In this document: one piece after another, positions 40,756-52,316 of the stretch
Layout: each line of letters opens with the position of its first letter
Position numbering within the stretch: the first letter of the stretch is position 1
DNA from: Nageia nagi
Taxonomy: Eukaryota; Plantae; Pinophyta
Length of the DNA stretch: 64,000 nucleotides
Assembly (NCBI GenBank): GCA_050084985.1
Contig: JBITNC010000002.1
Location: 15,252,001-15,316,000, forward strand
Direction of reading: 5' to 3'
Notes under the pieces: model-generated
The model's database searches: none
Seen by the model: only the letters and a program-made list of their open reading frames with translations
Told to the model about the DNA's origin: nothing
Position numbers and translations under genes: made by a program

Positions 40756-43700
40756 TGTTGGGAAGGATTTCTTTCCCTTGGTAACTCTGAATCACTGGAG
40801 GTGGAAACTACCTAGCATCTTAGGTGGAAACATGTTACTTATTCCCCACTTGTAAGGACCTATTACCCTAAGGTTTCTACAAAATCTGCAACAACCAAAG
40901 GAATGCGATGCAAGTCTTTCTTACTTTTGAAGTCTTTCTCTTAAGTATATCAGCTTGTGTGGAGTGTTTTAGAGATAGCAATTGTTAACCAACATATTAT
41001 ATATAGAGTTTATTTGTAACACTTGTGTAAGAATTTAGAAGTTGTATTTGAATTTTTAAAGCATAAAGGCAATATAGTAAATGAGTGATTGCACATATGA
41101 GAAGGAAAAAAATACTTGGTCAAATATCAAATTGATCAACACAACAAATGCATTGTCTAAAACAGTTTATCTCTTTTGGATTAGTTAAAAGAGTCTCATC
41201 CAAGTCATACAATCTTTGCAAACAAACAACTCTTGTTTGAGTTGTTTCAAAGAGAAGCGGGAAGTGAAAATGATTGTAAAGAACGTGAGAAGAACTTAGA
41301 GTTTGGATGAAAACTTCTAGTTTGATATCATAAAAGTGGTAACAGATTCAGAATAAATTGCCTAGCATGCATGTTATAAGTTAAAGCAACAATCAAAGAC
41401 TAGTGTCAAACACTTTATAAAAGTAATGCAATGATATTTTCCCTAAAATTTGTAAGTTTTCAAAGGCAAGATGCGAAAGTGTCAAACCAACGAAGATAAT
41501 CCTTAAGATTCAATTCATAACAACAAAATGTATGTCAAGCTCGATCTTTGCTTTAACCACTTGGTATTGCTTATAAAAGAGTTTTGCATAAATACATCAA
41601 TTTGCTCCTCTTTTACAAAAGTTTCACTTTTCTCACAAAATGAGCTCTATTACAAATGAGACCCCATAGGGTCTATTTATAGACTTTCCTTAGAAATCCT
41701 AATTTCTAATTTGCAAAAATGTAAATGCTAATTGAATGCTAAATTGAGATTACAATTTCGTTTAGTAGGAGAAAAACACTCATCCCACTAATTTTGATTT
41801 AAAATAAACTATTTCTAGAAATTGATGCCTTTTGGCATGGATCTTGAGGCGTTTTGTATCAAATTGGCAAAATTTGGATCTTCAAATCATCGTTCTGGAT
41901 TTATTCGCTAGTCTTTTGAGCTCCTTTCTTTCAATCTGGATTTGCCATTTATGTGAACATTGTTGCAAATTTTTGAGAAATTCTGAGAAGATTTTTCAAA
42001 AAAGTGAATTTTTTGGTCTATTTTCTCAAAAAATGGAGGGGGGATCGATTTTGGAAAATATTTAAAATGTGATTTTGAGGCATGGATGGGTGATAGATGG
42101 ATCAATAAGGCATTTGCCAAGTTTTTAGAGCATTTGGGGTCTTCAAAATATATTTTGGGCATAAAGTGGCCATTTTTGCTTGTTTGATGGTTTTTGGCTT
42201 GTGAAATACAATGCTTGGAGAGCAATATGAGAGGCTTATGGTGCAAATGAGTAGTTTAGCTTGTATTTGTAAGGCTTTGGGCTCTTCTCTCACCTCATAG
42301 GCGTTGGATTTGCTCCTTTCTTTCTTGAGGAGGCATTTTGGATGCTCCATAGTGCCATTTGCATACTTTGTAGAGGTTTTGCTCTTTGAAAATGCACCAA
42401 AAGGGAAGTAAATTGGAAAATATAGACCTAGGTCTCCTTTCTAGATTTTGCTTTTTTTGGAAATTACTAAGGCGAACGTGCTACTTCTTTGGTGCTTCAT
42501 CTTCTCATGCCTTAGAATTTTGATTTTGAAAAATGGCCAAAATGACCCTTTTCACACTAAGCAATAGGGTTTTTTGAAACTTGGAAAAATGAGTAAATTG
42601 GCAAATGTACGCCTAGGTGAAACAAGTAGCAAATTTGGTTACTTTGGATTCTCCTTTGGCCAACATGATTAAAATTGCATTGTGTTCTTGCCTATGACTT
42701 CAAATTTCATTTTTGAAAAATGCCAAATGACATGTTTGAATGCTAGATAAGGTTTTCTCTCTCCAAGGTGGATATTTTTGCATGCTAGATAAGGGCAAAG
42801 ATGGAAAATTTGCACCTAAGTGGGGGAGGAGGCATTTTGAGGCATTTTAGGGACTTCCAAGAGCAAAAGTGTCCAAATTTTGATGCTCCACAATACCCAT
42901 ATTTTTGTTTTTTGATTGTTCAACTTGAAAATATGAAAATTTTCTCATGCACAAGCTTGCTAGGCGGAAGTTTTCCCTTTTTGTTAATTTCCCTTAGCTA
43001 GAAAATGTGTGCCTAGCCCTCATTTGATCAATTTTGTCCTTTTTTTGAAAATTTTCAAGGCCAATGTGCTTGGAATTTGCCCCTACTCATGCTCCATCCT
43101 TCAAAATCATAATCTAAATTTTGAGAAAATTTGATGCACTCCCTCCTTAGGGCATGTTTTCTCATTTTTCTCACATTTCCATAGCCTAGAAATCTGGGCC
43201 TAGATGGGAGAGGAGTAAGCTTGATCCAATTTGTAAACTTCCAAGAGCAAAAGTCTTGGATTTTGCATTCTTTTGGGTTCAATTTTCAACCTTTTCTCAT
43301 GATCTTCACCAACTTGCCCAAAATAGGAGTAAATTGGAAAATGTGCACCTAGGTAGGGGAGGAGGAGTTTTGATGCTACTTTGAAACTTCCAAGAGCAAA
43401 GAATCTTGGTTTTTTATGTTCCACAATACCCATGTTGCACATCTCTCATAAAACTTTGTCATTTTTCAAGCACACAACCATGCTAGGCACTGACTTTCTC
43501 TTTTTGAGGCCTTAAACACCAAAAATTTGTGCCTAGGGAGGGAATGAGCAATTTTGGAGAAAATTGGAAAGTTCCAAGTTTAAACCTACTCCTTTTTCAA
43601 GCTCCTATTGAGGGTACATTCACATTTTGCATCAAATTTGTACAAAAAACTTCATCTTTTCTTTGTGGCACAATCCATCTCCTTTTGAATCCATTAAGAC

Positions 43701-43900
43701 CATAAAAACTTATTTTAGTCCTCTAGGGAGCATCTTCGATTCTTTTCACAAAGTTCCAAGCCCAAATATGCATTATTTTGAATTACTTACCATCTCATGC
43801 TATCAAACCTTGAATTTACCATGAAATCACATCTTATAACTTCATTAAGTGCATCTCTTCATTCCTTGACCACTTCAAGAAGTTTCAAGACCAAAGGTAC
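40756..43900 (-). mobile_element. Partial long LTR of the same family as 53534-61544, without the coding cassette
   Basis: Same terminus (tgttggg...gcatcttaggtg) and shared blocks acaacaaatgcattgtctaaaa, atacatcaatttgct and aaatgagaccc...tatttatagacttt (41674-41682). A degenerate repeat array follows at 42400-43600. Confidence 0.75.
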
Positions 43901-45585
43901 TTAATTTCCCATTTTGCAATTGTCCAATCTCCAAAATAGTACTTACTGCTTAGAAAGGCCATTCTCCCGAGTTAGGAATCCTGAATGCTTATTTTAGTTC
44001 ATAGTTTGCATGTTAGACTCGTGTATGTTGGAGTGGTTCCCTATGTCGCTTAGCTTAGGAACTTCACTTCCTTGCTAAATGTCTACACATGCTTCATCAA
44101 AACACATCCTTGCCTCAGCTTCACGCTCCTCCCACTAGACTATTCGTGTTGTTAATTAGTGGAGTGGTTTAGGTGTGCATGGAACTTGCACCAATCCCGG
44201 GAGAGTCAACTTTCAATCTTTGCGCCTATCGGTGAGAAACCATACTTGTGTTGAACTCGCATACCATTGCCTATCCTACACTTTTTCTTTTATTTTTCAC
44301 TTTCTTTGCACAACTTGTGCACCCCTTTGTTGTAGTGTATTGAGAGACAACCCTTATCAAGGTACTGATGCAATCCAGGTCTGTAATGTACCCAATTTTG
44401 AGAAACCTTGTTAAAGGCATAACATCCATTGCAAGTCTTCGATCGCCAATTTGTCTTTTAAAATGGATGGAGAATCTTCTGCCAATCATTTTGATAGGTC
44501 ATATGACATGGTTCCTTCAAGAAACGAGGGAGATATGGACTTTTGAAGTTCGCCCAAGAAACCAAGATTCTATTATTGCAGCCAGGGAAAAGTTGGCTAG
44601 GAGAAAGTTATTTTATTCCAAATCGGCCAAGAGTTTAATTATTGGTAATTTCAAATTAAAGGCACCTATAAAAGGAGGAAAGATTCATCACTTGAAGATC
44701 ATCATATTTTGGCACTTGATCTTGGATCATCTCGGAGTTGAGGATGCTCTCCTCTCTTCCTTCTAAGGACTAGGGTTGCTCCCTAGCCTAAAAGTGGCAT
44801 ATTCACACTTACCTATACTTGGAGAGCTTCCGCCCACCTTGGAGACCATCCTAGCCCTAACGCTAGACCTTGGGAGCCATCTTGAGACTTGTGCCAGCCA
44901 TTCTTGCTACTTGGAAGCTTACGGCAACCATCGGGAGTCTTTGTTGTGCATTTTGGAGTCTTGGGCTTTGCCCTTGAACTTGTTACAACCCTATACTTAT
45001 TCTTAGTTATTATTATTGATATTTGGCTCTCATATTGCTCTTCGAATGTGAATGAATGCTCTCCTACTACTGTTGTACTCTTATCATTAATTGTGCATGG
45101 GAATGTATGTGAATTAGAGTGCTTTGGTGGCATAATACTGTTATATTACAGATCTGCAATTGTGCCCTAGTTTGGATGTTTCCACATGTTATATGAGCAT
45201 CATTACTGTTATAGATCAGATCTAGTTATCGTTATAATATTTCAGTCTTGAAAGCATTATTGGATGATTGTTGATCATTTTCAGTGGTGCCCTAATTTGT
45301 GAATGAATGCGGAATTGGATTGAGTATTTTGTGCATTTCTAACTTGTGCCTTAGAAGGGTACATTACAGAATCCTTGATAAACAAATGTTATTTGAGTTG
45401 GTGATACTTCAAACATCTTTGCCAGTCTAAGCCTTGTTCTCGCACATCCACAAAAGAGACATTTGAGATAACCAGACCTCGTAACGGGAAAGGGTAACCC
45501 CTTCTCACCTAAGGTGTTGGTATTCTTTGTTAGCCTTGCAAGTTGTTTGCCTATCCGCAAGGTAGAAAAGGAAAACTACCCAACA
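43900..45585 (+). mobile_element. Oppositely oriented LTR 3' end of the same broad family, split by a solo LTR
   Basis: Ends ...tctcacctaaggtgttggt...ggtagaaaaggaaaactacccaaca, the reverse complement of the 53534-type terminus. The left boundary is approximate. Confidence 0.6.
44382..45368 (+). mobile_element. 987-bp solo LTR
   Basis: Perfect 12-bp terminal inverted repeat TGTAATGTACCC...GGGTACATTACA and internal tataaaa at 44667. The flanks aggtc/gaatc match only 2 of 5. Confidence 0.75.
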
Positions 45586-45786
45586 ACTTCCATTTTTGAA
45601 AGTGCTTGAATCGGGTACTTACTTACCCCAAGTACCAAAGAGGAATTTTTGTTGCCTTGACTTCTTTTGAGCCCCCAAGAACAAAGGACTTTTGTTGTTT
45701 TCACTTCTTTTGAGTCCCCAAGAACAAATTACTTTTACCAAGTTATCCCAATTAAAAGGAATTCTCTGTAACTTCTTATTAAAAGT

Positions 45787-46035
45787 GTGATTGAAGCTAA
45801 AACAATCACAAAATTCATCTATAACCACACTTGGATCCCTTGTTTAATGAGGGAGCACACAAATGGCAAGGATATTATTCGTTCAAATATCACACAATTT
45901 GCCTCCAATTTTATTGCATTACAGAGTCTTTCAAATGCAAAGGATCCTCTTAAGAGGATGTTTGTAAGTGAGTAATGGACAGGTCTCCTTTTCGCCATAA
46001 GGAAGTTGGAGAGAAGATTGTCAAAATAATGTTGC
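45787..46035 (+). pseudogene. Isolated central fragment of a hAT transposase
   Basis: EAKTITKFIYNHTWIPCLMREHTNGKDIIRSNITQFASNFIALQSL...PLKRMFVSE, closely similar to the 61453-61911 plus 53350-53533 peptide. Confidence 0.8.
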
Positions 46036-46413
46036 CTATGGGCACTGACAAGATCTAATGAAATGCAATTAAGTAATAAGTTGAACTCATTATTTAAAAT
46101 AAGTAATAATACTAAAGACAAATAAGTTCATACTCAATAAGACATCTACTGTCAATGCTTAGAAAATCAAAGACTTTATATTATCATTCATACCAGATAA
46201 CGCATGTCTCATAGACTATGTATATGGATACCAGTCAGACTAATGTAGGAAAAAGATTCATCAATTAAGTGCATCTGTTGTTTGCTTATTAATGTTTGAA
46301 AGGTAGGTTAATGCAAGAACTCTGTTGACACCATATACATCGAAATTAGTGGGAAACAATCAATACTTAAAAGAGAAATGGCAGCCTGATTAACCTCAGC
46401 ATTCTTTACTTAC

Positions 46414-46484
46414 AAACATTGTCGCCACGTCTAAAACTGTCAATAAGTCTTCGTCTTTCTGTTGAAAGCCTTGAATTCCAATAC
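46414..46484 (-). CDS. TRM5: TRM5 exon (most 5' exon found in the window)
   Basis: TAG/GTAAGT bounded, 71 nt: YWNSRLSTERRRLIDSFRRGDNV. The terminal T joins the GT of the next exon to give TGT (Cys). Confidence 0.93.
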
Positions 46485-47305
46485 CTATACAAGCATATGC
46501 ATAATCTTTAGAGATAATGAAAAAGATAACATACTAAGAAGTTGGTTCAACGACTACATGAATATGAATCATCACAGAAAGCTACATGGTAATTTGTGAA
46601 CAGTAACATTTTTGCTATGCAAAAATGATTTATAGTAATCTGTGACCCAAGGTAATAATATATACAGACAAATAATCAGGCATAAGATGCTTTTGGTATG
46701 ACAGTCGAGAAACCAATGACTAAACTAGAGCATATCACCATGTGAACCAGTAGACATTCAGGAAGTAAACCACTAGAAAGCATAAGAAATTTTAATAGCA
46801 TTCATGGCTGGCCAAAAGAGGTCAATGGGGCTCAATAAAAAATCACTGTATAGAAAGCACCAAGAAGCCCGAAAAACTAAATGTATAACCAAAGAAACTA
46901 AGCTTGACTAAGATCCAACACATGCTAGAACCAGAAGTTGCAATGCAGACAATCTGTATCAACATTTAATGAATGATACAAAGTACTACTAGCTGAGCAT
47001 CAAGAACATGAAGTATACCATGCTACTCTAAAAGCTGTTGCACTCAGAACTGTTTTTATTCAGTCATTTTTCTGAACATGGGACATAAGCATCCCAGAAA
47101 TAAGGCAACCGAACCTAGTCTCTAAAACTTGCATTCAACAACACTGCCTGCATAATATATTTGAAGGCAATCTTGAATATGAAAACACCCTGCTCTAACG
47201 GTAGTAGCACTTAACACTTTTAGAAAGGAAATTAACAAAAGCAAGGTTTGTTAACGACCTTTGTATAGTTGGCTACAAATTCATGACATTTGATCACAAT
47301 TCCAC

Positions 47306-48479
47306 TGTAAGTTTGTTTTCAAATGCATTTTGTAAGGCCTAAATCAGAACTCCAGGCACAAAATTATACCATCACCAAGTTAGTTATGTCAGATGATTTG
47401 GCTGCAAATCTCTTTAGAAGCCAATATGGATGTCTGCCACTACTTTGTTATGGAGTAAGAATATAAGGCAACAGCTCAAGAAGACACTTCACCCAAAGGC
47501 TTACAAGCAAGGTTTTCTCTTTACAAAGGCTAATTTTGCATGATTTTGAAAAGACGCTGGGTCCTTGTCCAATGATGCGTGAGCAGAGAATTTCATTTAT
47601 CGCTCAGATATTGAAACAATTTCTTTCCTGAATTAATATCTGATGCATTTCTTTTAAAAATAAGAGCATGCATTGATAGCTTTACAATGGTATATTACAT
47701 GCACTGAAATATACCCAAATTAAAATATTCAAACCCTAGTTGAAATATTATAAATCTATCCAATAAAAATTCTGATCTATACCATTAAAATTCTGATCTA
47801 TCAATTAACCCAGAAAATTACACCAAAATCCAAAAATTGGCATAGATCTTGGCATATATTTTTTATTAAATTCTATTGCAAGTACAAATGGATAGATCAG
47901 CCAAAACCCTTCACAAATCAATCACTAAAATGCAGAATATGAACTAAGTTGCATGTAAAAACCATACACTGACAATACTACAAATCCAAACTGAAATACC
48001 ACTGCAAACCACACTGAAAATCTCACTACTGTAATGCTGCAAATTTGAATATCTTGAAGTCCAAATGTAGATCCTGGATGAATCCACCGCTACCAATTTA
48101 ATGGCTAGGGCACATCTCCTAAACCATCAAACTGGATCTTCAACTAAACAGGGGCACATCTCCCAAATTCAGCAGAAGAGGAGAAAGGGTTTTCAGCCCA
48201 AACTCTCAATGATCAAATATAATATCAATGTAACATAATGCCCAAATGGAGTGCTCCTCCTCCTTTTATAATTTTTCATTCACTTAAAACACCTTTTAAG
48301 CACATGCTAAATTAAAAACTTTAAAAATACTCCTAATTGACTCTTAAAACATAAAATATTATTAATTACTCCTAAATGCTCCATAAAAAGGCTTGTCCCA
48401 CTTCCTCTTAGCTAATTTTCCATGATAACACATTGAGATGCATGGGATCCACTAGAGGGGTAAAAATGGGTACATTACA
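47306..48479 (-). mobile_element. Probable solo LTR
   Basis: Ends gggtacattaca (reverse of TGTAATGTACCC, as at 44382). Candidate other end tgtaa at 47306 or 47331; no convincing TSD. Confidence 0.4.
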
Positions 48480-49869
48480 CACACATACTTGCCAAAAGTA
48501 CAACAAAGGCCATTCGACCTGATTTATGATATCACCCAAAATCATTCTCTTTTTGATATCATCATAACTGTTAGTCATTTATAATACATATGAATACAAG
48601 TCTGCGGCAGGTTTTCAAAGCTAGATCAATCAACCTTCTCTATTCACCGTGAAGTTTGAACACTTCAACAAGAAAGAAATACACAAGGGTTGAAGATTTG
48701 TGAAATAGCTCTGCCTGAGACAAAAGCACATCAATTATGCATAGTAAGTGTTGTAAGCAATCCAGATGCATGCTTTCCTGCCTAATAAGTGTTGTAAGCA
48801 GTAATGACATCATCAAGCCAATGCTAAAAGAAAAAATACGCAATGCTGATGGAATTAGTTGCAGTTAAAAACTTAAAAAAAAAACATTTAATTGCACCCA
48901 TTCTTGGCTTACATACTAAATGTAGTTCGAAATTTATAATATTCAGTGTCTTCTGTCTCTTATTCATAAATATGATTCTACACCAATATTATTTTTGAGG
49001 GGCCTTCCTTCAGGTCATATCAGACTCCCCGTCAAAAGGGTCAGCCTTTAGTCACTTCGCTGATAAGGAACTACAATTATAATAGGCATATTCCACATGC
49101 ATTAATTGTATTGGATGCATCTGTGGTAATTATGCCTGAGAAAGAGCTTATCGGAGACTGACCCTACAGAGACTTAGGGAAGTGGATCCCACCCTCAGTA
49201 GATGCTATAAAGCTAAACTTTAATGGGGCTACCAGGGAGGAATCCTGGGCCAGCAGGCTGTGAGAGGTTTTCCAAAGACCACCGGAGTGATTGCATTCAC
49301 ACATATTCTATGAGAATTCCACCTTCAATTTCAAACCAGGTAGAGACATTCACTTTGGTTACAGGTCTTGACATTGTTTTTGAAGAGGTCTTTACAAAGT
49401 TGATTATAGAAGACAACTCGTAGGTGATTGTTGAAGGCTTCAAAAATGGAATGATTCACAATTGGAAGTTGGCACTACTTTTTAACAAATTGAAACACTG
49501 AAAAATAGTTGGAATTCTGCACACTTCAAGAAGGAAACAAGGTGGCAAACTGGGGGTTGAAGCACCTGCTGACTCCACCATAACCCAATGCAGACATTCT
49601 CAACATTGGCCAAGCCGAGCCATGATTCCTCAGGCAAATTCAAAGAGTGAGATTTTATTTTTTATTTTTTTGTTGTTACTGTCCCTTGCAACATTTATAG
49701 TACTTAAAAAAAGGGCCAAGTGCATTCGTCAGACCAAGTGGCGATGACATTTGAATGGGGAATGAAGTACTTAGGGCAAGCATTTTATTTCCTTGTTTAC
49801 CATTTCTCTCCTGCCAGCTCTTGAAATATTTATTTTCTTGTTATCAGTTGACCATGTTGATCATGATGA

Positions 49870-51750
49870 AACTCAATGGCAATGTAGAAAGTGGAACAAG
49901 CTGGAATCCTAGGGAGGATACCCACTCTTGAACAAGGAAACTGACATCTTAGACATGCATTTTTGTTAATCGCCTCCTCAAGTATTCAAACAAGAATCTG
50001 TACATTGGGGAGAGTTCTCAAATAGAGAAAAGATTGCCCTTGAAGTTGCAAGTGAAGTTTGAGCTCAAATCCTTTGGAGAAGAGATGGATCCCAAAAAAA
50101 TTAACTAATGATTTAAGCAAATGAAAGCCTATTTTTGAATCCAGAAGATTGAAAGTGATGAAAATAAAATCGAAATAGCTACACTCAAATTAGAGGGACA
50201 TGCTCCAGTTTGGTAGGAAGCCTATTTGGATTTTGTCACAAGTTTTGTAGAAGCACCAGTGAAAAAATGGAGTGCATTCAAAGAATTCTTTGAGATCAGT
50301 TCAAACCCCTTTGGCCATCGTCAAAAGCAAACCATGGAGTGGTTTAATTTCAGGCAAGCAAAAGGGCAAGGTGTCCAAGAGTACACCACCGAATTCAATA
50401 AAAGAGTTACCTTGCTTGGTGTGTCTTTGAAAATTGATGAAAGTTTGTTGAAGTATATTGGAAGTCTCCATAGCTATCTCTGCCACACCATATTACTTTT
50501 CAAGCCTATGGATTTGGATGAAGTATGTGTCCAAGCACAATATCTGGAGGAATGTGGAAGGCTCAATAGAGAGGATTACCATTCCAAGTCAAAGCCTCAT
50601 AGAAAGGATAAAGTTGTTGCATCCTCTACAAAAGAGGAGAATAAGAAAAAGCGAGGACATTGTTCTCATTGTGACAAAGATAGTCATATGAAAGACAAAT
50701 GTTGGAAGCTTCATCTCGATCAAGCACCTAGATGGTTTGACCAAGGGAAGGAAAAGGCAAATGCGATGGTTTCCAAAGATCTTGACCAATTCTATGAAAT
50801 TGAAGATTCATTTGTTGTTGATGAGAAGTTGGCTTGTGTAGGACTTACGCTACCAAGTGTTGTGAATACAGAAGGAGTTTTAGTGCACACACAAAAAGAG
50901 GAATTGAAGCAAAAGCAACCAGTCATGTAGTTTGACAAGATGGCAATGCCATATCGATATCCATTTGGAAACCATTTTTCATATAGACAAAACATTGGTT
51001 TTATGCCATGGTGCCCATGGATGTTCAATACAACAAGTTCATGAAGGCCAACTTGGCAAGGAACCGTGATGGAGAATGGGGTTCCTCAATTTTACCATAG
51101 TCTCTAAGCTTTTGAGGACCAAAAGCCCTCTTAGTGGGGAGCAGTGATCCAAAATTGGATCATCTCATTTCAGCAAAATAAACGTTCCACATCGAAAAGC
51201 TTTTCATTACAATTTCATTTGTTCAAATGGCGTGTAAAACCGACTCCTGGTTTGTCTTCTACGAAGGTTTGAAGTTTTGATTTATCTTTGTATTTATTAC
51301 AAAATTTAAAAAAAAATACATTGAAAAAAATAAAAATAAAAATAAAAATACAATAACAAAAACATTGAAAAATAAGAATGTGAAAGTCCATAGTAAGTGG
51401 GCGGCAAAATTCAAGAGGAACCACATGGAGGGTGGCAAGGCTAATGGAGACCACGTGAATGTAGAGGGAGAAGGGTGGGCCTACTCACCTAGTCACTCCA
51501 CATCAAACCCGCCAGGGAGAAAAGGCCCCACGACATGGAGGAGGCCATTGACAAGTACCCACGATGGTTGGAGCCGCACATGTGAGGAAGGCCAACGTGG
51601 ACCCCACCGAACGTGAGAAGACTCCACGCAATGTGAAGAGGAAGGGCGGATGAGATAGGAAGAGGCGTGCAAGGAGACCGACGTGAGGAGGGTGCGAAGC
51701 TACCAACCCGCCCATAGATCGCCACCAACACTGCCCATTGAATACAAACC
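49870..51750 (+). mobile_element. Gypsy-like element: gag with zinc knuckle, PPT and the start of the 3' LTR (no pol)
   Basis: ORF 50226-50930 (W..FRQAKGQGVQEYTTEF; CSHCDKDSHMKDKC). PPT-like ttagtggggagcag is followed by an LTR starting tgatcc at 51145. Confidence 0.75.
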
Positions 51751-52234
51751 CAAGGTTGGAAAACTCGAACTTGGGAATTACCCAACCAGGAAAAATTTGG
51801 AGAGTATTTGGCAAAAACTCGACACCAAAACTCGACAAAAAAAAAAACACGAACATTTTATGAAACAAAATACAAAAACATATTTAAATAAGGAATTAGA
51901 GAGCTCCAAGGATCATTGATTGTTTGTGACCATTAATGATCATCAAAAATAGTGAATACAACAATGTATATAGTCATAAATCATAACTCAAAAGTAAAGT
52001 AGTTCTTAACTTCTAAATAGTAAATTCTAAAGACTACTAGTGCTAGAATAAAAACTGAGTCTAGACTCTACGAGTCTAACTCTAAAGTACTAAACTACTA
52101 GTGTTGCAATCAGTGCAATGGCCTCTTTCCCCTCATCCCGATCCTCTTATATATCCTCAGCTCACTCCTCACAGCATGTGGAGGCGAAGGATGTTGCACT
52201 GGCACATCCTCGTCCCCAATAGAATGCTCAACCT

Positions 52235-52316
52235 CAGGTATGTACTCATCCTTGTCCTCATCCTCATATTCATCCTCAGCCTCATCCTCATACTCATCCT
52301 CAGCCTCATCCTCGGG
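52235..52316 (-). repeat. 12-bp coding minisatellite (EDEA/EDEY) in the transposase tail
   Basis: Repeated tcatcctcagcc / tcatcctcatac units. Confidence 0.85.

Noticed and set aside
41832-43824. Many short ORFs in the long LTR (also 58805-59853)
   Set aside because: They arise from T/A-tract repeat arrays, with F/K/L-biased composition and no conserved frame between repeat units.
45620-45730. Three ~42-bp repeats resembling a mini CRISPR or regulatory array
   Set aside because: Simple degenerate tandem repeat without unique spacers, in eukaryotic TE context.
48488-48716. Two short AG...GT-bounded segments on the minus strand as possible TRM5 exons
   Set aside because: The translations show no TRM5 motif expected before YWNSRL; they cannot be supported without RNA data.
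48960-49640. Possible LINE ORF1 remnant (ORF 49223-49423 region)
   Set aside because: Composition is suggestive, but no diagnostic motif or poly(A)/TSD could be identified.
51365-51919. Cluster of overlapping ORFs on both strands
   Set aside because: GC-rich LTR sequence yields spurious ORFs; no coherent protein.
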